A stretch of 64,000 bases of DNA from Phaeosaccion multiseriatum (Eukaryota > Protista > Ochrophyta, other classes). The stretch covers positions 1,240,001 through 1,304,000 of the forward strand of contig OZ218953.1 in NCBI GenBank assembly GCA_965112735.1, given 5' to 3'. The first letter of the stretch is position 1. The number at the start of each line of letters is the position of its first letter. Both the position numbers and the translations under genes were made by a program. The notes beneath the pieces were generated by a model. That model saw only the letters and a list, made by a program, of their open reading frames with translations, was not told the origin of the DNA and did no database searches. Positions 1 to 13,100 of this stretch are shown piece after piece.

Positions 1-3000
1 CAGCTGCTTCGCGCCAACGACGGCGATGGCGTCTCTGATGCAGGTTCCACTGGCTTCGAAGACACCACTGCTGCTGGTGCACAAGACGGGACGGAGACGG
101 GGCTCCTCTCAGCGGTGGGAGCCGGCGCGGACGAACGTGTCTCGCAGCAGCGGCAGCAGGCGCAGTGGGAGGAGGAGTGGGTAGCGCGCGGCTACAACAG
201 CAGCAGCAGCAGAGTGGGAGATGGGTTCTTTGGTCTCGCGGAGAAGAAAGTAGGGGACGGGGCGGAGAAGAAGGAGGAAGAAGAGGGCTCTGCGTACGGA
301 CGGCGCGGTTACTCCACAGGGGGGGAGAGCAAGGCGCGACAGATGGAGGAGTGGGAGCGAGGCTTCCAGGCCAGCGCTAGTGCATCGAGGTCTCCTCGTG
401 AGGTGGGGGGCGGGGGTGGAGGAGACTGGGAGGGGGGGGTGCTCCAGCGACAGCAGCGCCTTGCCTACTTGGAGGGCTGGAAGCACCGCCGAACAGCAGA
501 GGCAGCGGCGGGTGTACGGGTGGTGCCGCATGAAAGTGAAAGAGAAGCGTTTGGTCTGCCATTCCCTGCCGCTCTCACCACCACTGCCATGTACAAGCCT
601 AGTGGCATTGGCACTAAGGAAGACTTCAGCTCTCCCACCAGCGGACCCGACACGATGGCGACACTTGCGTCTCCTGTAACAGCCTTCCAACTGCAGCTCA
701 TCACTTGGCATCAGTACCTCGTCGAGCAAGGAACGGGGACGGCGTCCAAGGTGGCCGAGGGGTCCGAGGCGGCTGCATCTTGGTCTGTGGCTGTAGTGTC
801 ACCGACAGAGGCAACGGCGGCGCACCAGGAGGAGCATATTGTCGACTCATTAGAGAGAGAGGGCGCACTGTCGGTGGCTCCGACAGGGGTGGTGAGTAGT
901 TCGGGCAAGAGGAGGTGGGCGCAAGAGGGGGGGCGGCGGGGTGCGAATGAGGAGGAGGTGGACCTGAGCGCGGTGGCAACTTCGCTTGCCGCCGCTGCGC
1001 CCGAGGACGAAGGGGAGCTTTCATGGGAGAGCTTCTTTGGCGTGGTGGCAGAGGAGCAGAGCGAGAGGAAGGCGAAGCAGGAGGCACTGCTGAGGGAGCA
1101 GGCAATGGCCAACGTCAAGGCGGCGAGGAAGAGGCGGAGGGCGAGCGAGGGCAGTGGTGGCACTTGGAAGCGCTTCCGAGGACTGTCCGACACGTTTGGC
1201 GCCCTGAGTGGCAGCTTTGGCAGCTTCAAGGGGCGCTCCTTCTTCTCCAGGAAGAGGGCAAAGCACCAACAAGAGAAGCGGCAGCAGCAGCAGCAGCAAC
1301 AACAAAAGGAGGATGAGCAGCGGCGGTTGTTGATTCGGCAGCGGCTGGAAGAAGAGGAGCAGCAGCAGCGCCAGGAGCAAGAGGAAGAAGACAAGATTTG
1401 GCAGGAAGAGCTGCGTGAGGGGGCAGGGCAGCAGCACGAGCAGCACGAGCAGCGCCGACTCTCAGGGTCAGGGTCGGGGTCAGGGTCAGGGTCTATAGCC
1501 CTGCAGGAGGGATTAAGAGGACGGAGCAGCAGGGTGAGCAGCAGCGGCAGTGAGAACATTTCACTGCCGCCAGATCTCATTGGACCCGAGAGTCTTGGCA
1601 TGGACGTGCACCGGCCCGTGGGTGAGACGCTAAAGGGAGGATGGGGCACAGGCGTTGCCACTACTCCAACTACTGCTGCCACCGTTGCTGCCGCCACTGA
1701 TGCGACGGCTGCGGGTAGTAAGAGTAGCACCCCAGTAGCGGCTGCCGCCGCTGCTGCTCTTGATGACAGTGACAGCGCCCTGTTGGAGGGCGAGGACGAC
1801 GAGGGGCAATTGTTGGCCACGCAGGACGCCAACCACAGCAGCGCAGCAGCGCCCACTAATGGTAGTGTGGCCGCGGCCGGGGCGGGGTTGGCTTCTCTAA
1901 CCCCGGCCCAGCAGCAGCAGCAGCAGCAGCAGCAGATGCAGGAGCTGAGCGAGAAGTACGCGTGGATCCAGAGGTGGGAGGCGAGCAAGAGCAGCGGCCT
2001 CACGCCCGGAGGACCCGAGCTGCAGGGAGTCACCATCGCGGCGGGGGCGGCAGCGGCTATTGTTGCCAAGGTCAGTCTGTCAGTGTTTGAAGTGTGGAAA
2101 CTGTTGCTTTCCGTGTTTCGCGGTGCAAGGCCAGAGCCGGAAATTGTGCAGCCTTTGTTCTCTGTATTGTATCATTGTGCTGATTGCGCTCATCACCTTG
2201 ACTGTGTAGCTCACGGAGCAATCGTCTCGCTTGTGTTGTTTGTGTCTTCCTTCTCTCTCGCCTCCTCCCTCCCCTTGTCGTCTCCTCGTCGTGCGAGTGC
2301 AGGTCCACATGCAAAGGCTGCAATCACAGCCCCAGCCACAGCAGCAGCAGCCACAGCCGTTCGTGATACAGCAGCAGCAGCAGGAGGAGGAGGAGGAAGA
2401 GCATGATCTTGACGTGGTGGCGGAAGGTGAGGGTCAGTGGGTGGCCCAGCAGGGGAACAGCAGCATGAGTCTTGAAGACGCGGCGGCGATTGCAGCAGCG
2501 GCCAAGCAGTTTCCCTTCCTCACAGAGTGGGAGCGCGAGTGGATGCAGGGTGATTCGAGCAACTCCAGCGAGGGCAACAGCGACGACGCCAGCGACCGAG
2601 ATGACGTATCGTCGGAAAGAGGAAGCAGCGGCAGCATTTTTGGCAGTGGCAGCAGCGGCAGGGGGGGCAGGTATGGCAGCGGCAGCAGCAGCAGGGGGGA
2701 GAAGGCGGCAGCTGTGGCCGCTGTGGTGACGGCCGTGTCGTATGGGGCGGCAGCGGGAGGGGCCACGAGGGGGGGTGACGCAGCAGCTGGTGATACAGCA
2801 GGAGCCGCAGCGGCAGCAGGAGCAGCAGTTGGTGGCACAGTAGGAGCGGGAGGAGGAGGAGGAGGAGGAGGAGGAGGAGGAGGAGGAGGAGGAGGAGCAG
2901 GAGGAGGAGGAGGAGGAGGAGAGGGAGGCGGAGGAGGGGCAAGCAGCGGCGAGGGTCAGATGGTACCTTGCCTGCCCTTCGACTTGACAGGAGCTCCTCT

Positions 3001-4150
3001 AAGTGCCACCGCGGTGTCCACCAAGTACGACTGGTTGGAGCAGTGGCAGAAGCAGTGGCTGGAGGACAGCGACAGCGTCACGGTGGCTCTCAATGCGGCG
3101 GCCGTGGCTGCTGCAGCTTCCTCAGTGGCGGCAGCAGCTGCCACAGAGGCCAAGAGAGTGGTAAGCGTGAGTGGCGGACGCCAACAGCAGCAACAGCTAG
3201 TGGTACAACAGTGCAGCACCAGCCTCGCCGCTCGCCACGACAACAGCAGCGGTGGACCGCTGTCGGCCACCCGCAGTGCTGTCGCAACGCCCGTGGCAGC
3301 AACAGCAGCAGAAGCAGCAGCGGCTCTTCTTTCTCAGGAGGGTTCAGACAAGAAGGTGGCGGCGGAGGCTCTCGACTTGGTGGCGGCAGAAGGGAATGAG
3401 ACAGTATGGAGGGCAGCAGGGGAGACGAATGAGAAGGAAAAGAAGTTTCGCTGGCTGCAGGAGTGGGAGCTTGGCTGGCTCAAAAGCGGTGCAGAAGACA
3501 GGGAGGGGGGCGTAGAGTCACTGGACGAAAGGAAGGCCGCGGTTCGTGCGGTGGTGGCGGCGATTGCTGCTGGTGCCTTGGCCGACCAAACCGTTACTGC
3601 CGTGGAAGTACCGCAGGAGGAAGTGGTGGCGGTGGTGGAGAAAGAGGAGGCGGTGGTGGTGGGGGTGAAGGAGGAGGACGAGGAGGAGGAGGACGAGGAC
3701 GAGATGCCAGCTATGGACAAGATGAGGCGAACCGTTGATGTGCAGCCAGAGATGCAGCCAGCCCTTACTACAGGTATTGCTGCTGATACTGCTGCTGCAC
3801 AAAGCAAGGCAGCCGATACCGAAGCCTCGACGACAACCACTTCTACTGGCTACAGCAGTCGTTCCGCCAAAGCAGCAGCAAAGAGCGGTGATAAGGCTGC
3901 AATTGCTGCTTCTTCCCGACCGTCGTCCTCCACCTTGGCGACCGCCGGCGCAGACGCTGCCCACGCCGCGGCAATGGGTAAGGTGAACGCGAGGACTACC
4001 CCTTCGCTAGGCTACGACTGGCTGCACGAATGGGAGACCAAGTGGCTCGACATTGACGGCTCCAACCCGTCGTCGGATGACGAGGATGAAGACGACGACG
4101 AAGACGGGGGCGGCAGAGGCGGAGCGCCATGGCTGTAAGTCTGTCATTCA

Positions 4151-4202
<52 letters not shown>

Positions 4203-5884
4203 TTTCCGCTCTACCCCTTGCGCGTTTTGTGCCCTCCTCTTTTGTTTTGTTTAACCCAGTTTCCATGTTCTCTGACCCTCCCGCCCCGCCGACTGAAACT
4301 GACATGGCCCCCCGACTCCCTCCAACCCTCCAACCAACCCCTTCCTGCAGCTCTGGACGCGCAAAGCACCGCTTGCCGGAACAGCACTCTGCCCTCGCCG
4401 CTGTGGCCGCCTCTGCTGCTGCTGCCAAGCTTGCCAACGACACCCGGTTGGTGTACAGGAGGAGGAAGGGACGCTCCAGCAACAGCACTGGTAGCGTAGG
4501 GAGCGTGAGCAGCAGCAGCGGTAAAAGAGGAGGCCGCAACAGCAGCAGCGGCAGCAGCAGTGGGGTCGATGGGAAGGACAAAGGCAAGGAAGGGGGAGGA
4601 GAGTCCGGAGGGAACGCTCCCACTTCCGAAGGGGAGGAGGTCGAGGGGGAAGGAAAAGAAGGAAAGGAAGGAGGCGGCAGCAGCAGCAACAGCAGCGTGG
4701 GGGGCGCACCAGTGGGGCGGCTGTATCAGTGGCTGGGCGACTGGGAGAGGGACTGGCTCGAGAACGACACCAACAGAGACGGGCACAAGGCCGCGAGGGC
4801 CAACGCAGTTGCTGCTGTTATTGCCGCCATCTCGGCCGGAAACAAGTGAGTCAGTCAGTGCATCACGCCCGCCCAATCCACCCGCCCACGTACGCACCAC
4901 CCACGCACGCACGCACCCACGCACGCACGCACCCACCCACCCACCCACCACCCACCACTCACCCGCCCACCTTTGCACCCACCCACTCACGTGCTCACCA
5001 ACTCATCCGTCTACCCGCGCACCCTTTTGTCGTCCCGTGTTTGTCACTCACCCTCCTCTGTCACCTTCCTCCCCGAACCGCAAACCAAATCACCAACACA
5101 AAATACACTAAAACTTCAACTAAAAACTTCAAACAGGCACCCCTGCATTGAGAAACGCACGGGACGAGCACGCAAGCGCGTGAGCTTCGACCTCCCTCCC
5201 CTCCCGCAGATCCCCGAGGCGATCGACGGTACCTTCTGGGTGCCCACGCCCTTTTCGCAGCTCTTTGGGGCCGATATCACCAACCTGGCGCTCTCCGCTA
5301 TCCATGCGGCATTTGTAGAAATTCGCAAGCTGCACGAGGAGGAGGGAGGCGAACCAGGGGCCGATTTGTTTGCCTCTGCGGTCACGGAGCCGGCGAGTGT
5401 CGCTTCCTCCTCTTTGTCCTCTGCGGACTTTGTGAGCGGGGTGTCGGGTACTACGACAGCCGAAGACAGCGCTGCCGCCAGTGCGAGGGCCAGTGCGGCG
5501 AACAGGATGAACGCCGCGGCCCTCAAGAGGGAGAGGGAGTGGCTGACTGCGTGGGCGAGGGATTACGCCACCAGACCGACGAGGGGGGCAAGCAAGGCAG
5601 GGCAGCGGTTGGTGATACAGCAGCAGAAGCAGCAGCAGAAGAAGAAGCAGGGAGGAGCGGCGGAGGGGGAGGAGGGGGAGGAGGAAGTGGAGGAAGCTCC
5701 TGTCTTGGACGGAGGAGAGACGCCAGAGGAGACCGCATCTCTGGCGGAGTCTCGTCGGGCCGCAGCAGGAGCAGTGATGGCAGCGTTGGATGAGTACGCG
5801 TATGAGAGAAGGGCCAGGGGTCTTCTCAAGCTTGACCTGGCTCTCCCCGAGTGGAGGGAAAGGCTGGCCTGGGGGGCCGACTGA
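1..5884 (+). CDS. 5'-partial low-complexity protein of unknown function with repeated [YF]xWLxxWExxWL motifs; exons <1-2070, 2303-4134, 4351-4845, 5137-5884
   Basis: The frame is open from base 1. Four long ORFs are joined by phase-compatible GT-AG introns: aag|gtcagt..gcag|gtc (phase 0), ct|gtaagt..gcag|c (phase 2), aa|gtgagt..acag|g (phase 2). TGA at 5882-5884. No recognisable family. Confidence 0.75.
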
Positions 5885-6654
5885 TGGGCGGGGGGGGGGG
5901 ATGCGACGGATTGGTGAGTAGAGATGACCACCCACCCCTTATCCCCTACGCGAAAATCCCCTTTCCCTCTCTCTATTATGTAAGTAAGAGAGAGGCAAAG
6001 GGGATTTTCGGGGTTACGGGGGAAGGGGGATAAGAGGGGCGAGGGAGGTGAGGGCTTGAGGGGAGGGGATGGGTGGGGAGTGAGGGGGGGGGTTGACGGA
6101 AGTAGTATTTATTTTTATTAGATTAGGTGTTCGAATACGCTGAAAGATGTTCGAATACTGACGGCAGCCCTCTCTGGAGTGGGGCGGGTCGGGGGGGGGA
6201 AGGTGGGAGGGGAGGGGATCGGAGGTGTGTTGCTCAGGGACGAAACACACACGACCTCAGTGGATGGTGGGTTGGGTAGAGTTACTGCAGTAATCTTTTA
6301 GCAGGCATAGGAGTAGTTGGCGGGATAGCTGAGCGCAGTTTCGCGCGATAAACGTACGTATATCCTTAGACGTAAAATGCGGGAGAGGAAGCGCCGACGA
6401 TATGAAACCCTCTGGAGAGGGTTTTAATTTTAATTAGAAACAAGCGACTAGGGTTAATGCAAAGCTCATCATTATGGGTTCCCTTAAATGAGAGAAACAG
6501 TTAAACGCATATTCCTCGAGGACCCGCTTGCCCTTCATCTTAACGGACCAGCTGTTGTCCTTTCATCTTCCGTATGTATGTATATATCTCCCGCTCCTTT
6601 GGGAGTCAGTCAGTGAGTCGGTCAGTCAGAGCGAGAGGGGCTCGCTCCTTTGGG

Positions 6655-6785
6655 AGTCAGTCAGTCAGTGAGTCGGCCAGTCAGTCAGTCAGTCAGTCAG
6701 TCAGTCAGTCAGTCAGTCAGTCAGTCAGTCAGTCAGTCAGTCAGTCAGTCAGTCAGTCAGTCAGTCAGTCAGAAGTCAGTCAGTC

Positions 6786-6842
<57 letters not shown>

Positions 6843-7180
6843 GTCACTCCTCCCCACCGCCACCGATGCAGCCGCTGAGCCAAAAGCCCAACGCACCCAA
6901 GCACTCACTCACTCACTCACTCACTCACTCACTCACTCACTCACTCACTCACTCACTCACTCACTCACTCACTCACTCACTCACTCACTCACTCACTCAC
7001 TCACTCACTCACTCACTCACACACACACTCACTCACTCACTCACTCACTCACGCACTCACGCACTCACGCACTCACTCACTCACTCATTCACTCACTCAC
7101 TCACTCACTCACTCACTCCCTAACTCCCTCACTCCCTCACTCACCCCCTCACACACTCACTCACTCACTCACTCACTCGC
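6655..7180. repeat. Compound microsatellite (GTCA)n-(GACA)n-(CACT)n
   Basis: Tetranucleotide arrays seen directly. Part may be a terminal intron of the GPCR gene. Confidence 0.95.
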
Positions 7181-7187
7181 AGCTCCC

Positions 7188-10100
7188 TCACGAGGGGATG
7201 AAAGAGGTACGCACGGCGATGATGCCGGCCATTGTCGACCCATCAATATCGCCCTCCACCTCCTCGGTACTCATATCCGTTACCTCAACCACGCTCCCTT
7301 CAATGCCTGCTTGTGGAGAAGAATGAGTACCCGCCCCCCCTCCTCCCCCGGCCATCCCCCCTGGGGAGCTCGATGAGAGCCCCCGAGGAGAGTCTTGTCC
7401 CCCTCCCCCGTCCACGCTGCTCCTTGTGATCGAGGCAGCCACCGTGTCGCTGGTAGACCGCCGGGTCAGATCGCTGGCGGGTCCACTCGCACTGCCTATA
7501 AGGGCGGCTGTGCTTGACGCCTCGCCTATGTTTCCTGTCGTTCTTATCGTCTCGCCTTCTGTTGTCTCCGCGTCGGTGTTGACCACAATGAGTTTGGTGC
7601 TTTTGCTGCTCCTTCCCCTGCTGCTAACCTCATCTTTATCTTCACCCTTGCCACTGCTTCTGCCACTGCTATCGTCACCTCCTCGGCCGGGCTTGGGCAA
7701 GATGGGTGCCAAAGATGACAAAGATGACCCTTTCGGCATGCTAACAGGTGTCACCCGCCAGGTCCTACTCATCCCCTTCGTCTTGACGCCTCCACTCCCA
7801 TCCCCATGCCGAACACTGCTACCTGTACCTTCCTCACTGGCAACGGTAGACCTTACCCCACCACTCTGTAGCCGCCCAGCCCACCCCCCCTTGTCGAGTC
7901 TCTGCTGGCAGTGCGGGCACTCGGGGCAACTAAAGAGAGCCGCAGAGGCTCGGGGGTCGCCACCCGCCCCTCCTCCTTGGGGAGGTCCATGATGGAAACT
8001 GTTTACCGCAGAGGGGCCCTCTCTTCCACCTCCTCCGTGTGTAGAGGCTGGCACGCGTTGGGTCTTGAGGAGGGAGCCTGTCGGAGGCAACCTGTGAACT
8101 TGCCACGTCTGTTGATTGGTGGAGGAAGGGAGGGAGGGAGAGAGAGGGAGGGGGAGAGGGAGAGAGGGAGAGTAGGGAGGGAGGGGTAGAGGGCGGGAGG
8201 GAGGGAAGGAGAGAGGGAGGGACGGAAGGAGGGAAGGAGGGAAGGAGGGAAGGAGGGAAGGAGGGAAGGAGGGAAGGAGGGAGGGAGAGAGGGAGGGAGG
8301 GAGGGAGGGAGGGAGGGAGGGAGAGAGGGAGGGAGGGAGGGAAGGAGGGAAGGAGGGAAGGAGGGAGGGAGGGAGGGAGGGAGGGAGGGAGGGAGGGAGG
8401 GAGGGAGGGAGGGAGGGAGGGAGGGAGGGAGGGAGGGAGGGAGGGAGGGAGGGAGGGAGGGAGGGAGGGAGGGAGGGAGGGAGGGAGGGAGGGAGGGAGG
8501 GAGGGAGGGAGGGAGGGAGGGAGGGAGGGAGGGAGGGAGGGAGAGAAGGAGAGGGGGAGGGAGGGAGAGAGCGAGGGCGGGAGGGAGGGAGGGAGAACGT
8601 GTGCATGTGTGTGGGCGCGCTGTGTGAGTGTGTTTGTGTGAGAGTACGTGTACGAGAGTGTATGTATGTATGTATGTATGTATGTATGTATGTATGTGCG
8701 TGCTCGTGTGTCTGTCCGTATGTGTGTGCGTGTGGTCTGCGAAAGCGAGAGATAGATGGAAGACAAAAGAAATGTTCGGTGACGACATAAGACCATCTCC
8801 CTCCCTCCCTCCCTTCCTTCCTTCTCTCCTTCCTTACTCCCTCCCTCCCTCCCTCCCTCCCTCCCTCCCTCCCTCCCTCCCTCCCTCCCTCCCTCCCTCC
8901 CTCCCTCCCTCCCTCCCTCCCTCCCTCCCTCCCTCCCTCCCTCCCTCCCTCCCTCCCTCCCTCCCTCCCTCCCTCCCTCCCTCCCTCCCTCCCTCCCTCC
9001 CTCCCTCCCTCCCTCCCTCCCTCCCTCCCTCCCTCCCTCCCTCCCTCCCTCCCTCCCTCCCTCCCTCCCTCCCTCCCTCCCTCCCTCCCTCCCTCCCTCC
9101 CTCCCTCCCTCCCTCCCTCCCTCCCTCCCTCCCTCCTCCCCACCTTCCACACCCGCATCCCCAGCACGGCAAAGAGCGCAAAGATGCCCCCCACGGTCAT
9201 GACCACACAGCGCAAGAGGGCCGAGTAATGGACGTCAATTCCTCCAAACTGCGTGATGAGGAGCATCATCATCAGAATAAGGAAGTTGTACATGGAGTAC
9301 ATGATGCCTTCATGAAAGACAGGGGCAAGGACAAAGGCAAGGGTGAGGGCAGGGGTGAGGGCAAGAGTGAGGATCAAGGTCAGGATCAGGAGCAGGATCA
9401 GGGTCAGGGTCAGGGTCAGGATCAGGGCGAAGGTGGGGGTCAGGTGACGTCAGGGGCAGCGTCATGAGGTGAGGTCAGGGACAGGGTCATCAGTTCATCG
9501 TACGTGACCGTACCTTTGCTCTCCACGAAGTCGCTGCTAAAGTTGCGACTGGCCCAGCTCAGATAGCAGCCAAACACGATAAAGCAAACCTTGTACACCC
9601 AGAATAAGAGCTCAAAGGTGAACGTGTGTCCACGAGAGGCACACTCCAACCTGTGTGTACAGAGAGAGAGGGACATAGAGAGAGGGACAAAGAGAGAGAG
9701 AGGAAGAGGAAGAGGAAGAGGGAGAGGGAGAGGAAGAGGGAGGGAGATGGAGAGAGAGGGAGAGATACACAGAGAGAGAGAGGAAGAGGAAGCGAGGAAG
9801 AGAGGGAGAGAATGAGAGTAGGAGAGAGGAACAACGAGATTGAGAGAGAGGGAGTGAGAGAAAGGGGGAGAGGGAGAGGGAGAGGAAGTGAGGGAGAGGG
9901 GGCGGGGGAGAGACAGATGGAGGGGGGAGAGAGCGAGGAAGCGCGGCAGCGAGCGAGTCGAGAGACAACACGTGAGTGAGGAGGGAGCCGGGAGGGGCGG
10001 AACTCGAAGCAGCCCTTCCCCCCGCCTTCAACTCCTCTACCCCCTCCTCCTGCTTCTGTTCCTCCTCCCGCTCCTCCCTCCCCAACCACGAGAGCAAACA

Positions 10101-13100
10101 AGAACACGAACACAAAGAGCGAAAAGCAAAAGGAAAGCTAGCTAGCAAGCAAGCAAGCAAGCAAAGCAAAGCAAGAAAGCGAGAAAGCAAGAAAGCAAGG
10201 AAGGCAGGCCGTTACTGCTATACCGTTTCCCTACACGTTACCTTTCAATGTCAACAGAGCCCACGCGGAGGGTGTAGGGAGTAGGCTCCATTGGGGCTAC
10301 AATAGTCCATGCTGTGAGGATGAGCGCATCTAAAGCCACACACAGGCCCGCCACGGTGAGGGTCTGATGAGTGGTGATGCGCTGCTTCCTCATCTGGCGG
10401 GCAGACTCTATAATACGGTATATCCTCCATGCTGTTGGTATGGGGGAGGAGGAGGAGGGAAGGAAGGGAGGAAGGAAGGAAGGAAGGAAGGAAGGAAGGA
10501 AGGAAGGGAGGGAGGGAGGGAGGGAGGGAGGGAGGGAGGGAGAGAGGGAGGGAGGGAGGGAGGGAGGGAGGGAGGGAGGGAGGGAGGGAGGGAGGGAGGG
10601 AGGGAGGGAGGGAGGGAGGGAGGGAGGGAGGGAGGGAGGGAGGGAGGGAGGGAGGGAGGGAGGGAGGGAGGGAGGGAGGGAGGGAGGGAGGGAGGGAGGG
10701 AGGGAGGGAGGGAGGGAGGGAGGGAGGGAGGGAGGGACGGACGGACGGACGGACGAACGGACAAAGGGAGGGTGGGTGAGTGAGTGAGTTAGTGAGGGAT
10801 GAGTGATTGGTTGAGTTTAGTTGAGAGAGTGACTGCAGTCATGAATCACGAAGGCAGACAGAAGTTCAATGGAAAGGTGGATAATTCCAACACCGAGATG
10901 GAAGAAGAGGAGGGGGGGAGATGGGGGAGGGCGGGGAGGGGAAGAGAGACAGGAGAGGAGAGGGGAGGAGAGGAGAGGGGAGGATGGGGGAAAGGGAGGA
11001 GAGCTGTGGAAGCCCAGCCTTCCTCAACAAGCAGTGACAGGGAAGAGGTAGAGAGGCTTGCGTATACGCACCTTTGGAGAAGAGCGCACCGAAGGCAATG
11101 TCAAAAGCGATGCCCTGGGGAACGCGAGGAAGGGGAGGAGGAGGAGGAGGAGGAGGAGGAGGAGGAGGAGGAGGAGGAGGAGGAGGAGGAGGAGGAGGAG
11201 GAGGAGGAGGAGGAGGAGGAGGAGGAGGAGGAGGAGGAGGAGGAGGAGGAGGAGGAGGAGGAGGAGGAGGAGGAGGAGGAGGAGGAGGAGGAGGAGGAGG
11301 AGGAGGAGGAGGAGGAGGAGGAGGAGGAGGAGGAGGAGGAGGAGGAGGAGGAGGAGGAGGAGGAGGAGGAGGAGGAGGAGGAGGAGGAGGAGGAGGAGGA
11401 GGAGGAGGAGGAGGAGGAGGAGGAGGAGGAGGAGGAGGAGGAGGAGGAGGAGGAGGAGGAGGAGGAGGAGGAGGAGGAGGAGGAGGAGGAGGAGGAGGAG
11501 GAGGAGGAGGAGGAGGAGGAGGAGGAGGAGGAGGAGGAGGAGGAGGAGGAGGAGGAGGAGGAGGAGGAGGAGGAGGAGGAGGAGGAGGAGGAGGAGGAGG
11601 AGGAGGAGGAGGAGGAGGAGGAGGAGGAGGAGGAGGAGGAGGAGGAGGAGGAGGAGGAGGGGTTGGGAAAGGTGTTGGTTTGGGTCAGAGTGAAGGGTGT
11701 GAAAGCGAATAGCTTCACTAGGAGAAGCCTGCGCCCCCTGTTGACGGGTGACTCTGAGTGGGAATGAGAATGAGAATGAAAATATGAGGAAGAATGAGTG
11801 AAGTCACGAAGGCCGAGGCCTGACCTGGTGGGTAGAGAATGCTTCCGCTGTGTGTGACACACTAGAACGGAGAGACAAGTATGTACACATGTGCTAGTAT
11901 GGGTGATGGTGAGGAAGACAAGATGGTGATGAAGATGGTGAGAAGGGAAGGGAAGTGACTCACCCAACTCCACACTCGGGCTTGGCAACTGAATTTGGTT
12001 GCGGGGCCAATGAGGAAGATGTTGGACACGCAGGAGAGCAAGAAGATGCCGCCTGTGCAAGGGACGGGAAGGGTCGGGGGATGACGAGAATTGGAAGAGA
12101 GTGAGACAGGAGGGGGGTAATTTCTTCAGCGATGAGGAAGGAAGGAAGGAAGGAAGGAAGGAAGGAAGGAAGGAAGGAAGGAAGGAAGGAAGGAAGGAAG
12201 GAAGGAAGGAACGAAGGAAGGAAGGAAGGAAGGAAGGAAGGAAGGAAGGAAGGAAGGAAGGAAGGAAGGAAGGAAGGAAGGAAGGGGAGGGGGAGGGGGA
12301 GAAGAGTGCAGATCCGGGGGTCGCCCTTCAACGCTTCGTATTTTTAATATTTTCACAGCCCGTCACACCGTGAAGCATGTCTGCCCTTCTCTTCTTTGCT
12401 CTGTGCGTCTATCCATATACCCACATGCACCACTCTGTCTCTGTGCCACTTACACAATCTGCCTCCTTTACTGCCCAATGTATCCTTTCACCTCCATCCA
12501 CCCACCCATCCACCCACCCGCCCACCCACCCACCCACACACTCACTCACCCATCCTCCGTCCTGACACCCACCCACCCACCCACCCACCCACCCAACCTT
12601 TCACTCCCACTACTCACCAATAAAGAGCATGCAGAAGGCAGGCTGAGCAAAGCGGATGAGCTCCGTTTTGCGAAAGTGAAGGACAAACCCCATGAAGGAG
12701 AGGGCCAAAGCACCGGAGATGGCGGACATGAGAACGATGGAGACCCCAAAGGTCGAGGAGACTACGACATGCTCGCAGGGGATGACCTCTGGAGCGGGCA
12801 GGGAGAGTCCGCCTACACAAGGCTCTTGATCCGTTGTCCATTCGAACTGTATGTATCATGCCACACACACGAGGGTGTGGGGGAGGGAGGAAGGGGAGGG
12901 GGGGAGGTAGGTAGGGAGGTAGGTAGGTAGGTAGGTAGGTAGGTAGGTAGGTAGGAGGGAGGGAGGGAGACGAGGGGAACGGGAGGGGAGGGGAGGGGAG
13001 GGGAGGGAAGAGAGGGGAGAGAGAAACGGAGGGAGGGAGGGCCGGAGGCTGACGTCACCCGCCGCCCACTCGATCGCTGTGCCTCCCTCCCACTCCCGCT

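Noticed and set aside
711-2069. Long antisense ORFs overlapping gene 1 (similar ones overlap BROMI and SMC1)
   Set aside because: Shadow ORFs expected from GC-rich, CAG/GAG-rich coding sequence, with no independent protein motifs.
7188-9377. 729-aa ORF read as one exon with GGRE/PPSL repeats
   Set aside because: The repeat part is a 1035-nt GT-AG intron that happens to be a multiple of three and stop-free.
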